Part shown: positions 16,545-25,581 of the stretch, in pieces
Position numbering within the stretch: position 1 is the stretch's first letter
How the letters are laid out: each line of letters begins with the position of its first letter
Assembly: GCA_038150265.1 (NCBI GenBank)
Contig: JAYOTF010000032.1
Location: 1-38,917, forward strand
DNA from: Deltaproteobacteria bacterium
GTDB lineage: Bacteria; SAR324; NAC60-12
Direction: 5' to 3'
DNA length: 38,917 nt
Notes under the pieces: model-generated
What the model was told of the DNA's origin: nothing
The model's database searches: none
The model's input: the letters and a program-made list of their open reading frames with translations, nothing else
Translations under genes and position numbers: made by a program

Positions 16545-18611
16545 TTACCCCTTTTCGGTATGCGTGAAGACCACGTTCCAGCCACTGGGGTCAATCAGGT
16601 ACTGCCGGCAGCGTTCCAGCATGACCTCTGAGGGGCCATCTCCGGGGTGAATCGAGAGCGCCTTCTCAAAGTGCTGAACCGCCGCCTGGAAGTCGGCTTC
16701 CTGGTAGACCTGCAGGCCCCTGGCATACTCCTCCACCGCTCCAGCGATGGTTCCGGAGGTCTGGTTCTTCTTGGCAAGCAGTTCATAGACATGAACCGGA
16801 TCGTTGCGCCCCACGACCCGGATGACATCCAGCAAGCGTGCATCCACAGCCTCCTGAGCCTGCTGGTAGGTGTCTCCGGAGACCATCGTGTAGTTCTTGT
16901 AAAACTTGTTGGCGCCTTCCAGGCGAGCGGCCAGATTGACCGTATCCCCCATCATCGTGTAGTCCATGCGCTGAGCCGACCCCATGTTGCCAACGACAAT
17001 CGGACCACTGTTGATGCCCTGCCGGGCGTAAAGCTGGTCGCGGCCCTGTTGCTTCCAGACCTGGCGCATCTCGGCGAGGCGCTCCTGCATGTCGATCGCA
17101 GCCAGGCAGCTGAGGGTGGCATGGTTGGGCTGATCCAGAGGCGCCCCCCAGAAGGCAATGATGGCATCGCCCTCGAACTTGTCGATGGTTCCGTTGTGAG
17201 AAGAGATGATGTTGCACATCTCGGTGAGGTACTCATTGAGCAGCTGCACCAGCTCCTCCGGAGTCAGTTTTTCCGAAATGGTGGAAAACTTCTGGACGTC
17301 TGAGAAGTAGGCCGTCATCTCTCGGCGCTCGCCTCCCAGCTTCAGTTTGCTCGGATCCTCGACAATGACATCAATCACCGCTGGAGAGAGGTACTGCGAG
17401 AAGGCCCCCTTGATGAAGGTCTTCTGCTTGCGCTCCTTGAGGTAGAGGAAGAGGTTGATGAGGACAAAGCTGAGGACACACGCCAGCAACGCGTAGGTCA
17501 TGGAAAACGCGACACCGTGGTAGACGTAGGCGTAAAAGGCGGCCACGGTGTACGCCAGGGTGATCAGCAGGTACAGGGGAGTGGCGAAGTGTCCGGCATG
17601 GGACGCGGCCACAAACAGCAGGAACAGCGCCAGCAGCACCGCCAGCTCCGCCAGCTCCGGAGCCGGACGGATCGGGCCATTGGCCATGATGGTCTTGATC
17701 GTGTCAGCCAGGATCTCAATTCCGTACACCTCTCCAATGGGAGTCTCAAAGATATCGTGTGACACCTCTGACGTGTCTCCCACCAAGACAATCTTCCCCT
17801 CCACGAGCGGGCGCAGGTCTTCCGTTTCGTAATCAAACTCCTCCTCCGGAATGTCTTCGAGGTCCATCAGGATCATCGCTGCCGTAATCGCTGCCGGCGT
17901 GTCCTTGCTGAGGAAGTTGGTGTGCGGAGGCAAGCTCGGAAAATCGATCCAGAGGTCGTTGTTGTGATCCAGCGGAGCCCGGTAGGGACCCACGACCAGG
18001 GTTTGCCCTTCGAGGCGGGGCTCTTCGCCTACTGCCATTGAAAGGGCCTTCACGGCAAACGGCCAGATGTTGTGTTCCTGATGAATTTCGGGGTAGAAGC
18101 GGACACGGGAAAGGTTGCTGCCGATGAGCGTGTGGTTCGTGTAGCCATTCTGCGTCGCTTCCGCCAGCACCTCAGTGGGCCCGTTGATGCCAATCAGCTG
18201 CTGATTCTTGAGCTGGAGCTGCGACACGACCATCGTGTTCCCAGCCGCGTGCAGGGCTTCGGCAAGCAGCGGGTCTTCGCCATAGCCATTGGGGAAGTCC
18301 ATCAGCATGTCGAGCGCCACCACCTTGGCGCCCAGTTTGTGGAGGTAGGTGACGATTTTGGCAATGTCGGCTCGCTTGAGGGGCCAGCTGCCGTATTCGT
18401 CAAAAAACTCCTCCTCCGTGTCAACAATCAGGATCTCATCGTAAGGAAATTGGGTCTGCTCCGGAGGCAGGGTGCTGTTGCGCCAGATGTGCCGGAACCC
18501 GAGGAGCTGGTTTTCGACCATCGGAAAGAGTTCCAGGCGCTCGGCTGGAACCATGAGCAAAAAGAGCAGGCCGACCATCCACAATTCTGGACGATTAAAA
18601 AGCTTTTTCAT
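16545..18611 (-). CDS. CHASE2-domain class III adenylate cyclase with a C-terminal TPR-like helix pair
   Basis: Likely ATG 18611 (MKKLFNRP); N-terminal TM, CHASE2-like region (WP..R, GAKVVALD, GKIVLVG, YGIEILA), three TMs, cyclase motifs FSDVQKFS, DKFEGD, GINSG, DYT..GDTVNLAARLE (K/D residues indicate ATP specificity). Confidence 0.92.
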   Translation of the reverse strand: MKKLFNRPELWMVGLLFLLMVPAERLELFPMVENQLLGFRHIWRNSTLPPEQTQFPYDEILIVDTEEEFFDEYGSWPLKRADIAKIVTYLHKLGAKVVALDMLMDFPNGYGEDPLLAEALHAAGNTMVVSQLQLKNQQLIGINGPTEVLAEATQNGYTNHTLIGSNLSRVRFYPEIHQEHNIWPFAVKALSMAVGEEPRLEGQTLVVGPYRAPLDHNNDLWIDFPSLPPHTNFLSKDTPAAITAAMILMDLEDIPEEEFDYETEDLRPLVEGKIVLVGDTSEVSHDIFETPIGEVYGIEILADTIKTIMANGPIRPAPELAELAVLLALFLLFVAASHAGHFATPLYLLITLAYTVAAFYAYVYHGVAFSMTYALLACVLSFVLINLFLYLKERKQKTFIKGAFSQYLSPAVIDVIVEDPSKLKLGGERREMTAYFSDVQKFSTISEKLTPEELVQLLNEYLTEMCNIISSHNGTIDKFEGDAIIAFWGAPLDQPNHATLSCLAAIDMQERLAEMRQVWKQQGRDQLYARQGINSGPIVVGNMGSAQRMDYTMMGDTVNLAARLEGANKFYKNYTMVSGDTYQQAQEAVDARLLDVIRVVGRNDPVHVYELLAKKNQTSGTIAGAVEEYARGLQVYQEADFQAAVQHFEKALSIHPGDGPSEVMLERCRQYLIDPSGWNVVFTHTEKG

Positions 18612-18818
18612 GAAACAACTGAGTCGTAAGGAGTTAAGGCGATGGCTGCGGGACCAGGTCAAGAAGCTCCTGCACCATGCCACACCTGCTGGAAATGCAC
18701 AAACAGCTCGTGCGGACGCGATGAAGTCGCAGTTGACCTAACGGCAGGAAGTGCCCTACAGTAAGGGCCGTTGCACCGAACTTGCTGCCCGCCAGCAAGC
18801 CCTTTTCTCTGATGGCTC

Positions 18819-19652
18819 ATGTTTAAATCGATCGCTCCCACCGTGTGGGCCTTTGATGTGGAGTGGGTTCCAGACCCGGAACTGGGACGACGGCTCTACG
18901 GCCTTCCGGAAGACGCTCCTGCGCAAGAAGTGCTGGAAGCAATGTGGCGGCAGGGGGGCGCCTCTGAAGACGACCCCCAGCCCTACCTCAAAACCATTCT
19001 GTGCCGCGTGGTCTCGGTGGCGGCCGTGACCCGGAAGGTCCAGCCCACTGGGGAGGTCTCGCTGAACCTGACCTCGCTTCCTCACGATGTGACCCAACCT
19101 GAGCAAACGCAGGAGTCTGAAATCCTCAGCCGCTTTCTGCAGGCGGTGGGACAGCACCAGCCGCAGCTCGTGGGCTTCAACTCCCAGCGAGCCGACCTGA
19201 AGATCCTGGTCCAACGGGCGGTGGCCAATGGGCTGCAGGCCAGGCAGTTTGCCCAGCGGCCCAACAAGCCCTGGGAAGGTGTGGACTACTGGGCTTCCGG
19301 AAACGACCACAACGTGGACCTGATGAGCATCCTTGGCAGCTTTGGGAAGTCCACCCCGTCGCTCCATGAAATGGCCCTCGCCTGCCGCATTCCCGGAAAA
19401 CTCAGCACCAGTGGCGATAACGTCGCAGCCATGTGGCTGGACGGGCACTGGGATCAGATTGTCGCCTATAATGAAACCGACGCCCTGACCACCTACCTGA
19501 TCTGGCTCCGGCTGGCTCACTTTGGTGGTTTCCTGACCGCTGAAGCCTATGAGCAGGAGCAGGACCAGCTCCGGCGCCTCCTGCAGGAGTCCCAACGCCC
19601 CCACCTCCTGGAGTTCCTCCAGGCCTGGGAGCACTTGCAGCCTTCTTCGTAA
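18819..19652 (+). CDS. Stand-alone DnaQ-like (DEDDy) 3'-5' exonuclease, PolB-exo2-like family
   Basis: ExoI AFDVEWVPD, ExoII LVGFNSQRADL, ExoIII AYNETDAL; HNVDLMSIL and SLHEMALACRIPGK are typical of this family. Confidence 0.85.
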   Translation: MFKSIAPTVWAFDVEWVPDPELGRRLYGLPEDAPAQEVLEAMWRQGGASEDDPQPYLKTILCRVVSVAAVTRKVQPTGEVSLNLTSLPHDVTQPEQTQESEILSRFLQAVGQHQPQLVGFNSQRADLKILVQRAVANGLQARQFAQRPNKPWEGVDYWASGNDHNVDLMSILGSFGKSTPSLHEMALACRIPGKLSTSGDNVAAMWLDGHWDQIVAYNETDALTTYLIWLRLAHFGGFLTAEAYEQEQDQLRRLLQESQRPHLLEFLQAWEHLQPSS

Positions 19653-19769
19653 GACCTCGGCTCAACCCTGAATTTTCTAAAGTTTTCAGAGAATTTGCCG
19701 AAAAGGAGAGGAAGCCGATCATTGCCGGCCGCCATTACACTCCTTTAAATTGAATCATCAGGGTTGATT

Positions 19770-20519
19770 ATGAGGAATCTGGTCCGAGGGCTCCTACTGC
19801 TCCTAGTTACCGTTTCGCCTGCTCAGGCGCAGTATTTTTCACTCAGTTATACTGCCAGCACCGGATCTTTGGTCGAGCTCACGAACTTTGGTGTGGCCGC
19901 TGATGAAATCGATATTTGCGCCTTCGACAAGGTCAAAACTCCAGAGACCTGTCAGTCCACCACCACCATCTCCGACCGCTACGACAACCAAACGTCTGAC
20001 CAGTACTACCAGAATGTCAGCCCAGTGATTGGAATGGTTCGGGTCGGTTTTGGTGGGCAGGCCGAACTCTTCAGCGACTACATTGCCTTGCGGTATGGCC
20101 TCAACCTGGGGGCGCTCAACCTGAGGGGCGAAAATGATAAGACCGACCTGGATGGCAGCTCCTTCCTTTATGGCGGAGAGCTTGAAGTGGCACTCGAGAA
20201 AGGAATCCTCCAAGTGGTGGGATTCTATCCGTTTGCCAAAATGACCAGTGTGGTCACGCCTGAATTTTCACTGATCATGACGGGTGAAAATGGCGACAAC
20301 CTCTACCGGGTGACACGGGAGAATGCCATCTACTCCGGAAACACCTATGCCTTTGGAGGGTCGTTCTTTATCGAGTCACGGGGACAAAATGCTCTCATGC
20401 GCTACCACCTGGACATCTTCAAGGAGCTTTCCAAGGGCTCCCTCAAGATTGCCGATCAAGAGTATGACGTCAAAAACTATAACATTGGTTTAGCCTTCAA
20501 GGTTTCAGTGAGCATGTAG
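19770..20519 (+). CDS. Exported hypothetical protein, possible outer-membrane beta-barrel
   Basis: Signal peptide ending AQA; alternating hydrophobic/polar strands (LRYGLNLGAL, YNIGLAFKVSVSM); a cysteine pair near the N-terminus. Confidence 0.6.
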   Translation: MRNLVRGLLLLLVTVSPAQAQYFSLSYTASTGSLVELTNFGVAADEIDICAFDKVKTPETCQSTTTISDRYDNQTSDQYYQNVSPVIGMVRVGFGGQAELFSDYIALRYGLNLGALNLRGENDKTDLDGSSFLYGGELEVALEKGILQVVGFYPFAKMTSVVTPEFSLIMTGENGDNLYRVTRENAIYSGNTYAFGGSFFIESRGQNALMRYHLDIFKELSKGSLKIADQEYDVKNYNIGLAFKVSVSM

Positions 20520-20600
20520 CGCCACCAAGCCAGCCCCCTTCCCTTGCTTCTTTCCCAAGGAGCTTGATTTCCGCACACTGCCTCAAGACGAAACGATATC

Positions 20601-21755
20601 ATGTCCGAACAGCATGAGTTCCTGGAAGCCGCCGAGTTGGCCCGAACCCGGTCCCGCTTGCAGGGGCCCCTCCAGCCTGAGGCCGCTGAGCGTCCCCTGC
20701 AACGCCGTCAGGTGGAGGAAAGTCGTTTTGAGAAAATCATTCCGCTCTCCACCAATGAAGCCCTCCGGGACCGCTACATCAATTTTTTCGGGGGCCTGCG
20801 AGTTGGGAAGCTGTTGGAAGAGCTGGACCTCAGCGCAGGCATGGTCGCCTACACTCATGCCGAAGGCTGGGAGCGGGGGCTCACCATTGTCACCGCAGCA
20901 TGCGACCGCATTGACCTGACGGGCCCCCTCCGGAGCAATCAGGACTTACGGATTCAGGGCAGCGTCAACTGGGTGGGGCGCAGTTCCATGGAGGTCGGGT
21001 TCCGGATTTCAGCTCAGGAGTCTGACGAGTGGCGTCCGGTGGCTCGCGCCTACTTCATCATGGTGTCCCGCCGAGGAGAAGCCGCGGCTCCGGTCAACCC
21101 GCTGCTGACGGAATCCGCTGAGGAGGTCCGTCGCTTTGAAGAAGGGGAGGTCCGGCAGCAGCAGCGTCGCGACCTCGCCAGCCAGAGCATTCACCGGCAA
21201 CCCCCTTCTGCCGAAGAAAGTCAGGTGCTGCACGACCTCTTCCTGGCCCGCAGCTCCGGAGCCGTGGGAGTGCCCATGAGCGAAACAGGGAGGCAGTCCA
21301 CCTTGCTCATGCACCCGCAGTCGAAAAACATCCACAACAAGATCTTCGGGGGCTACCTCATGCGAGAAGCCTTCGAGTTGGCCTGGAACATCACGTACCT
21401 GCACTGCCGTCAGCGCCCGCACTTCCTCAGTGTCGATCACATGTACTTCTTTGAGCCGGTGGAAATCGGAGCAATCCTGTCCTTCACCGGACGGGTGATT
21501 TACACCAGTGAGGAGGCGCTGATGGTGGAGGTCGTGACAGAAGTCATTCAGCCGGCAACCGGAGAGACCCGGGTCACCAATGACTGCTTCTTTACCTTCA
21601 CGGCACGGGAAGACGGAGACGGTCCGCTGCTGATTCCAGCCGTTCAGCCTCATACCTATGAAGAAGGCCTGAAGTACCTCGAGGGCCGGCGGCGTTTTCA
21701 GCTGGGGGAGTCGATTCGCAAGCGGAAGTCCGGTGAGCGTTCCGGATCCGAATAA
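20601..21755 (+). CDS. Double hot-dog acyl-CoA thioesterase (ACOT9-like)
   Basis: YINFFGGLRVGKLLEELD, TIVTAACD, WVGRSSMEV, HPQSKNIHNKIFGGYLMREAFELAW, PVEIG. Confidence 0.88.
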   Translation: MSEQHEFLEAAELARTRSRLQGPLQPEAAERPLQRRQVEESRFEKIIPLSTNEALRDRYINFFGGLRVGKLLEELDLSAGMVAYTHAEGWERGLTIVTAACDRIDLTGPLRSNQDLRIQGSVNWVGRSSMEVGFRISAQESDEWRPVARAYFIMVSRRGEAAAPVNPLLTESAEEVRRFEEGEVRQQQRRDLASQSIHRQPPSAEESQVLHDLFLARSSGAVGVPMSETGRQSTLLMHPQSKNIHNKIFGGYLMREAFELAWNITYLHCRQRPHFLSVDHMYFFEPVEIGAILSFTGRVIYTSEEALMVEVVTEVIQPATGETRVTNDCFFTFTAREDGDGPLLIPAVQPHTYEEGLKYLEGRRRFQLGESIRKRKSGERSGSE

Positions 21756-21775
21756 GCGGGGGAGCAGGAGAAACC

Positions 21776-21799
21776 TGAGGAGCCTCTGCAGGCTCCTCA
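21776..21799. terminator. Hairpin between the convergent thioesterase and flgE genes
   Basis: TGAGGAGCCT-CTGC-AGGCTCCTCA, perfect 10-bp stem; no clear U-tract on either side. Confidence 0.55.
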
Positions 21800-21818
21800 A
21801 GCCATTGGGAGAGAAGAC

Positions 21819-23306
21819 TTAGCGCTTCATGTTGACGAGGTCGGTGATCATCTCGTCAGAAGTCGTCACGGTCTTGGCGTTGGCCTGGAAGGCCCGCTGC
21901 GACTCAATCATCTTCACAAACTCGTTGGAGAGGTCCACAGTGGACTGCTCCAGGCTCATGCTCCGGATTTCTCCAAAGCCGGCGGTGCCCGCCTGACCGG
22001 TCACCTTCTTGCCCGCCCCCTGCGTTTCACGGAGGAGGTTGTCTCCGATCTGGGCGAGCTTGCCGGGGTTGTCAAACTTGGTCAGCACCACCCGTCCAAT
22101 CGGTCGGGTGTAGCCGGAGTCAAACACCCCTTCCACCGTGCCGTCACTCTTCACAGAGATGTTCTCCAGAGTTCCGGAGGCGTTCCCGTCTGCACTGGCG
22201 CGGATGACGTTGTACTTGCCAGCAAACTGGGTCAGTCCGTCCAGACCGGTCCGCGGATCTGTCGGATCATCCGGATTGAAGCCATCGCCCAGGTGCAGTC
22301 CCAGCACCACGGGATCCTCTCCGTTAAACGGTACAGCAAACTGCGGGACCCCGGTTTCCGGATCCACCGGTTGAGGCACCAGACGAGGCGGTCCCCCCGG
22401 AAGCGCCTGTCCGGTAGCCGGATCGACGCCCCCCGGGGTGGCTTCAAAGGAGCCACTGGTGGCCGCAATGAGCTTGCCGTCATCCGTGAACTGCAGGAAG
22501 CCTCCGCCCACAGCGACCTGGGTGCCAGGCATCTGTCCCAGAGAAGCGCCATCCAGCATCAGGTAGTACTCCCACTGGTTCCGGACTCCGGTTCCCGGGA
22601 TCGGGAGGCCGGTGGCCGCATCGACCTGCTCAGGCAGATCCGGACGCTTCCGGAAGGCCACTGTGGCCGTGTGGCTGTTTCCGTATTGGTCATACACCGT
22701 GGTCGAGGTGGCAAAGTTGTACATGGAGTCCCGAACGTTGGTCGGGTCCAGCGGCATGTCCTTGACCACGGCGTTGGCGTCCAGGTTGACGGCCACCCGG
22801 ATGCCGGTTCCGTTTCGTCCGTCACCGGTCGGCTGAGGCGGATCCACCAATCCCAGCACCTTCAAGGAGCCGGGCAGGCCCTTGCTTTCGCCGGTGTTCC
22901 GGTCCACTTCCAGCGCCTGCACGCGGTGTCCGCGCGGAGTGGAGAGGAAGCCTTCCTTGTCGTAGGAAAACTGTCCATTCCGGGTGTACATTTCTTTTCC
23001 GGTCGCCGGGTCGACGACCGTGAAGTACCCTCCGCCTCCGATGGCCATGTCGGTCGCCATGGAGGTGGTCTCAAATGCCCCTTGCGTGAACTCCTGTTCC
23101 ACGCTGCCGATCTTCACCCCGTTGGACACCTGAGTGAACGAACCCCCTTGCGGGTAGTTGTTTCCCATCAGGTCTTCAAAGGCCACGATGTTGCGCTTGA
23201 AGCCGTAGGTATTGACGTTCGCAATGTTGTTACCAATCACCTGCATCGCCTTGCCGTGGGTTTTCACCCCACTGGCGCCAGTTTGCAGCGATCCTAATAA
23301 AGCCAT
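21819..23306 (-). CDS. flgE: Flagellar hook protein
   Basis: IGNNIANVNTYGFK, DMAIGGGGYF, YTRNGQFS.DKEG, C-terminal LEQSTVDLSNEFVKMIESQRAFQANAK; AAGGAG RBS; follows flgD. Confidence 0.95.
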   Translation of the reverse strand: MALLGSLQTGASGVKTHGKAMQVIGNNIANVNTYGFKRNIVAFEDLMGNNYPQGGSFTQVSNGVKIGSVEQEFTQGAFETTSMATDMAIGGGGYFTVVDPATGKEMYTRNGQFSYDKEGFLSTPRGHRVQALEVDRNTGESKGLPGSLKVLGLVDPPQPTGDGRNGTGIRVAVNLDANAVVKDMPLDPTNVRDSMYNFATSTTVYDQYGNSHTATVAFRKRPDLPEQVDAATGLPIPGTGVRNQWEYYLMLDGASLGQMPGTQVAVGGGFLQFTDDGKLIAATSGSFEATPGGVDPATGQALPGGPPRLVPQPVDPETGVPQFAVPFNGEDPVVLGLHLGDGFNPDDPTDPRTGLDGLTQFAGKYNVIRASADGNASGTLENISVKSDGTVEGVFDSGYTRPIGRVVLTKFDNPGKLAQIGDNLLRETQGAGKKVTGQAGTAGFGEIRSMSLEQSTVDLSNEFVKMIESQRAFQANAKTVTTSDEMITDLVNMKR

Positions 23307-23362
23307 GGAATCTCCTTATTGAGTTCAGGGTTCAGAGCCGCACAGGTGCGGAATTCAAAAAA

Positions 23363-24154
23363 TCAGTTTTGTTCTTCATCCAGGCGGAGGGTCCCTGGCA
23401 TGGAGTTCAGAGACTTGGGTTGCAGGTCTTCCCTCAGCGGAAGTGGCTGCAGCGCATCGAAGCGTTTGCTGGAACGGTTGCTCACCCCCATGATGCTGTT
23501 GGCCGGGAGCCATTCGCCGTTGATCTGCACCAGCGGGTTGCTGTCATCGAGCTTGATCATGGAGACCTGTCCGGACTTCGACATCTTCACGTTGATGCCT
23601 TCGCCGCTGTCGGTTCGGGCCACAATGTCAAAGCGGTAGCTGCCATCCGGCATCGGGTCGCCCTCGGCGTCCAGACCGTCCCAGGTGAACTGGTGGGAGC
23701 CCTGAGAACGTGCTTCCAGGTCAACGCGGCGGACCAGTTCGCCATTGCCATCCATCACATGAACCACCACCTGATCCGCGTCTCCTTCCAGGCTGTAGGA
23801 AAGCGGGGTCGCCTGACCGTTTTGCAGGGCAAGGGAGCGGGTGCCCACCTCCACATCCTGCCCCACGAGGCTGCTGGCTCCCGCCCAGGCGCTCTGGCGC
23901 TGCAGCTTCATCAGGTCGCCAACTTGAGCATTCAGGTTCTGCAGCTGTTCGACTGTCGACAAGGAGGACATCTGCTGCATCATGTTTTCCGTGTCCATCG
24001 GATTCATCGGATCCTGATGAGACATTTGGGTCATGAGCAGGTTCAGGAAGTCCTGTTTGCCCAGCTGCTTGCCATCGCCACTGCTGCTGGCAGCGGCAGC
24101 GCGCTGAGAGGTCGCAGCCTGCTGAATGGCTTGGTTGACATTGTTCATGTTCAT
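23363..24154 (-). CDS. flgD: Flagellar hook capping protein
   Basis: LGKQDFLNLLMTQMSHQDPMNPMD, FTWDGLD...DGSYRF. Confidence 0.95.
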   Translation of the reverse strand: MNMNNVNQAIQQAATSQRAAAASSSGDGKQLGKQDFLNLLMTQMSHQDPMNPMDTENMMQQMSSLSTVEQLQNLNAQVGDLMKLQRQSAWAGASSLVGQDVEVGTRSLALQNGQATPLSYSLEGDADQVVVHVMDGNGELVRRVDLEARSQGSHQFTWDGLDAEGDPMPDGSYRFDIVARTDSGEGINVKMSKSGQVSMIKLDDSNPLVQINGEWLPANSIMGVSNRSSKRFDALQPLPLREDLQPKSLNSMPGTLRLDEEQN

Positions 24155-24162
24155 GGCGTTAC

Positions 24163-25578
24163 TCAGATATAGAGGTTGAGCCCGGAGCCACCTCCCCGCG
24201 TTCGCGCGGTGGAAGCGACAGAACTGTTGACAGCGGCACTGCGCTCAGCCCCTCGGCTGGCGGCGGCCGTCATCCGCTCCAGTTGTTCCTGGCGTTCCTG
24301 ATGCTGTTCAAAGCCTCCGGAGTTCTGCTGGCCAACGTTGACGTTCATGCTCAGGTCCCGGTAGTTCAGGTCCTGTTGAGTGACCCGGTTCCGGAGGACA
24401 TCCAGGCCCGATTCCAGGATCTGCTTGGCCATGGGGTTGTCGACCTTCATGTCCAGAAACAGCTCTCCGCCTTGCTGCCGGACCTTCATGATCATCTTGC
24501 CCAGGTGTTCCGGCTCCAGTTGAACCGTCATTTCCTGCGAATCCCCGTCCCGCATGGTCCGGACCCGCGTCATCACCTGATTGAAATCGAAGGGCAGTTC
24601 GAGTGCCTGTGGACGCGTAGGAGCCTGTGTCTGAGAGACCTGATCGGCCCGGGCTTCTGTCGAATTGGTGCCAAAGGCATGGTGCTGCTGAACCTGCTGG
24701 GAACGGATTTCCGTCTCCGGAGATGCCAGGTCGTCCAGTGCCTGCGAGGCGACCCCTGCAAACTGCGCATTGGAAGCTGAAGACAGGGTGGTTTCCAGTC
24801 CGGTCGTTGCGGCCGAGTTCATCTGGGGCTTCATCTCGGCTGCCTTCAGGTCCATCTTCAGCTCAAGGTTGGCCTGCTCGGAGGCATCGGCTTGCTGAAA
24901 ATCGGTCTTCACCTTGTCACTGATCAGGTCCTGGATGCGTTGGTTCTGAGACCGGAATTCGTGGAGGTTGTCTGCAGACTCGCCCTCGGATTTTCCACGC
25001 TTGAGCGCCATCTGGCGGATCACGGCAGAAACATCGGGCTGGAGTTCTGAGTCAGCGGTCTCTTCACTCACCAGGTTGGAAAACAGCTGCTCGTCGGTCC
25101 CCGGAACGGCGCGCTCCACTTCCGCCTGTGGATCCACTCGCGGGTCCGCCCCTTCCAGCACAATTTCCTGGTTGTTCAGAGCCGAAGCCTGCTTCAGGAT
25201 TTGCTGGCGCAGCGTGTTCAGCTCTTCGGCAGAAAGCTCGCCCTTGGGAAGTTCCTGGGCGACAGAAGGAGGCAGGTGCCCCAAGATGGCAGCCATCATC
25301 TCTTCATCGAGCAGGTCCATCTCGCCATCGGCCTGCTGGGCCTGTTCCTCCAGAAGCGCGAGTTCCTCTTCAGTCAAGTTGGCGGTCAGCTCAGCAGCCA
25401 TTTCTTCGGAAAGGGCGCCTTCTGCCATCGGGACCGCCTGGCCTGCAGCGCCTTCTGGGGTCAGCTCGCTTCCCAACAAGCTGTCAAACCCATTGCCCGC
25501 CCCTTTCTCCGAGGCGCCTTTTGCTGACTTGCCACCGGAGTCACTTCCGGGAGTGGCGGTGTTTACGAGTCCAATCAT
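24163..25578 (-). CDS. fliK: Flagellar hook-length control protein
   Basis: Long acidic low-complexity N-region; C-terminal VQLEPEHLGKM motif; position directly upstream of flgD. Confidence 0.88.
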   Translation of the reverse strand: MIGLVNTATPGSDSGGKSAKGASEKGAGNGFDSLLGSELTPEGAAGQAVPMAEGALSEEMAAELTANLTEEELALLEEQAQQADGEMDLLDEEMMAAILGHLPPSVAQELPKGELSAEELNTLRQQILKQASALNNQEIVLEGADPRVDPQAEVERAVPGTDEQLFSNLVSEETADSELQPDVSAVIRQMALKRGKSEGESADNLHEFRSQNQRIQDLISDKVKTDFQQADASEQANLELKMDLKAAEMKPQMNSAATTGLETTLSSASNAQFAGVASQALDDLASPETEIRSQQVQQHHAFGTNSTEARADQVSQTQAPTRPQALELPFDFNQVMTRVRTMRDGDSQEMTVQLEPEHLGKMIMKVRQQGGELFLDMKVDNPMAKQILESGLDVLRNRVTQQDLNYRDLSMNVNVGQQNSGGFEQHQERQEQLERMTAAASRGAERSAAVNSSVASTARTRGGGSGLNLYI

Positions 25579-25581
25579 AGT

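Noticed and set aside
22022..22037. parS-like site (GTTTCACG)
   Set aside because: Only a half-site inside flgE; the palindromic second half is missing.
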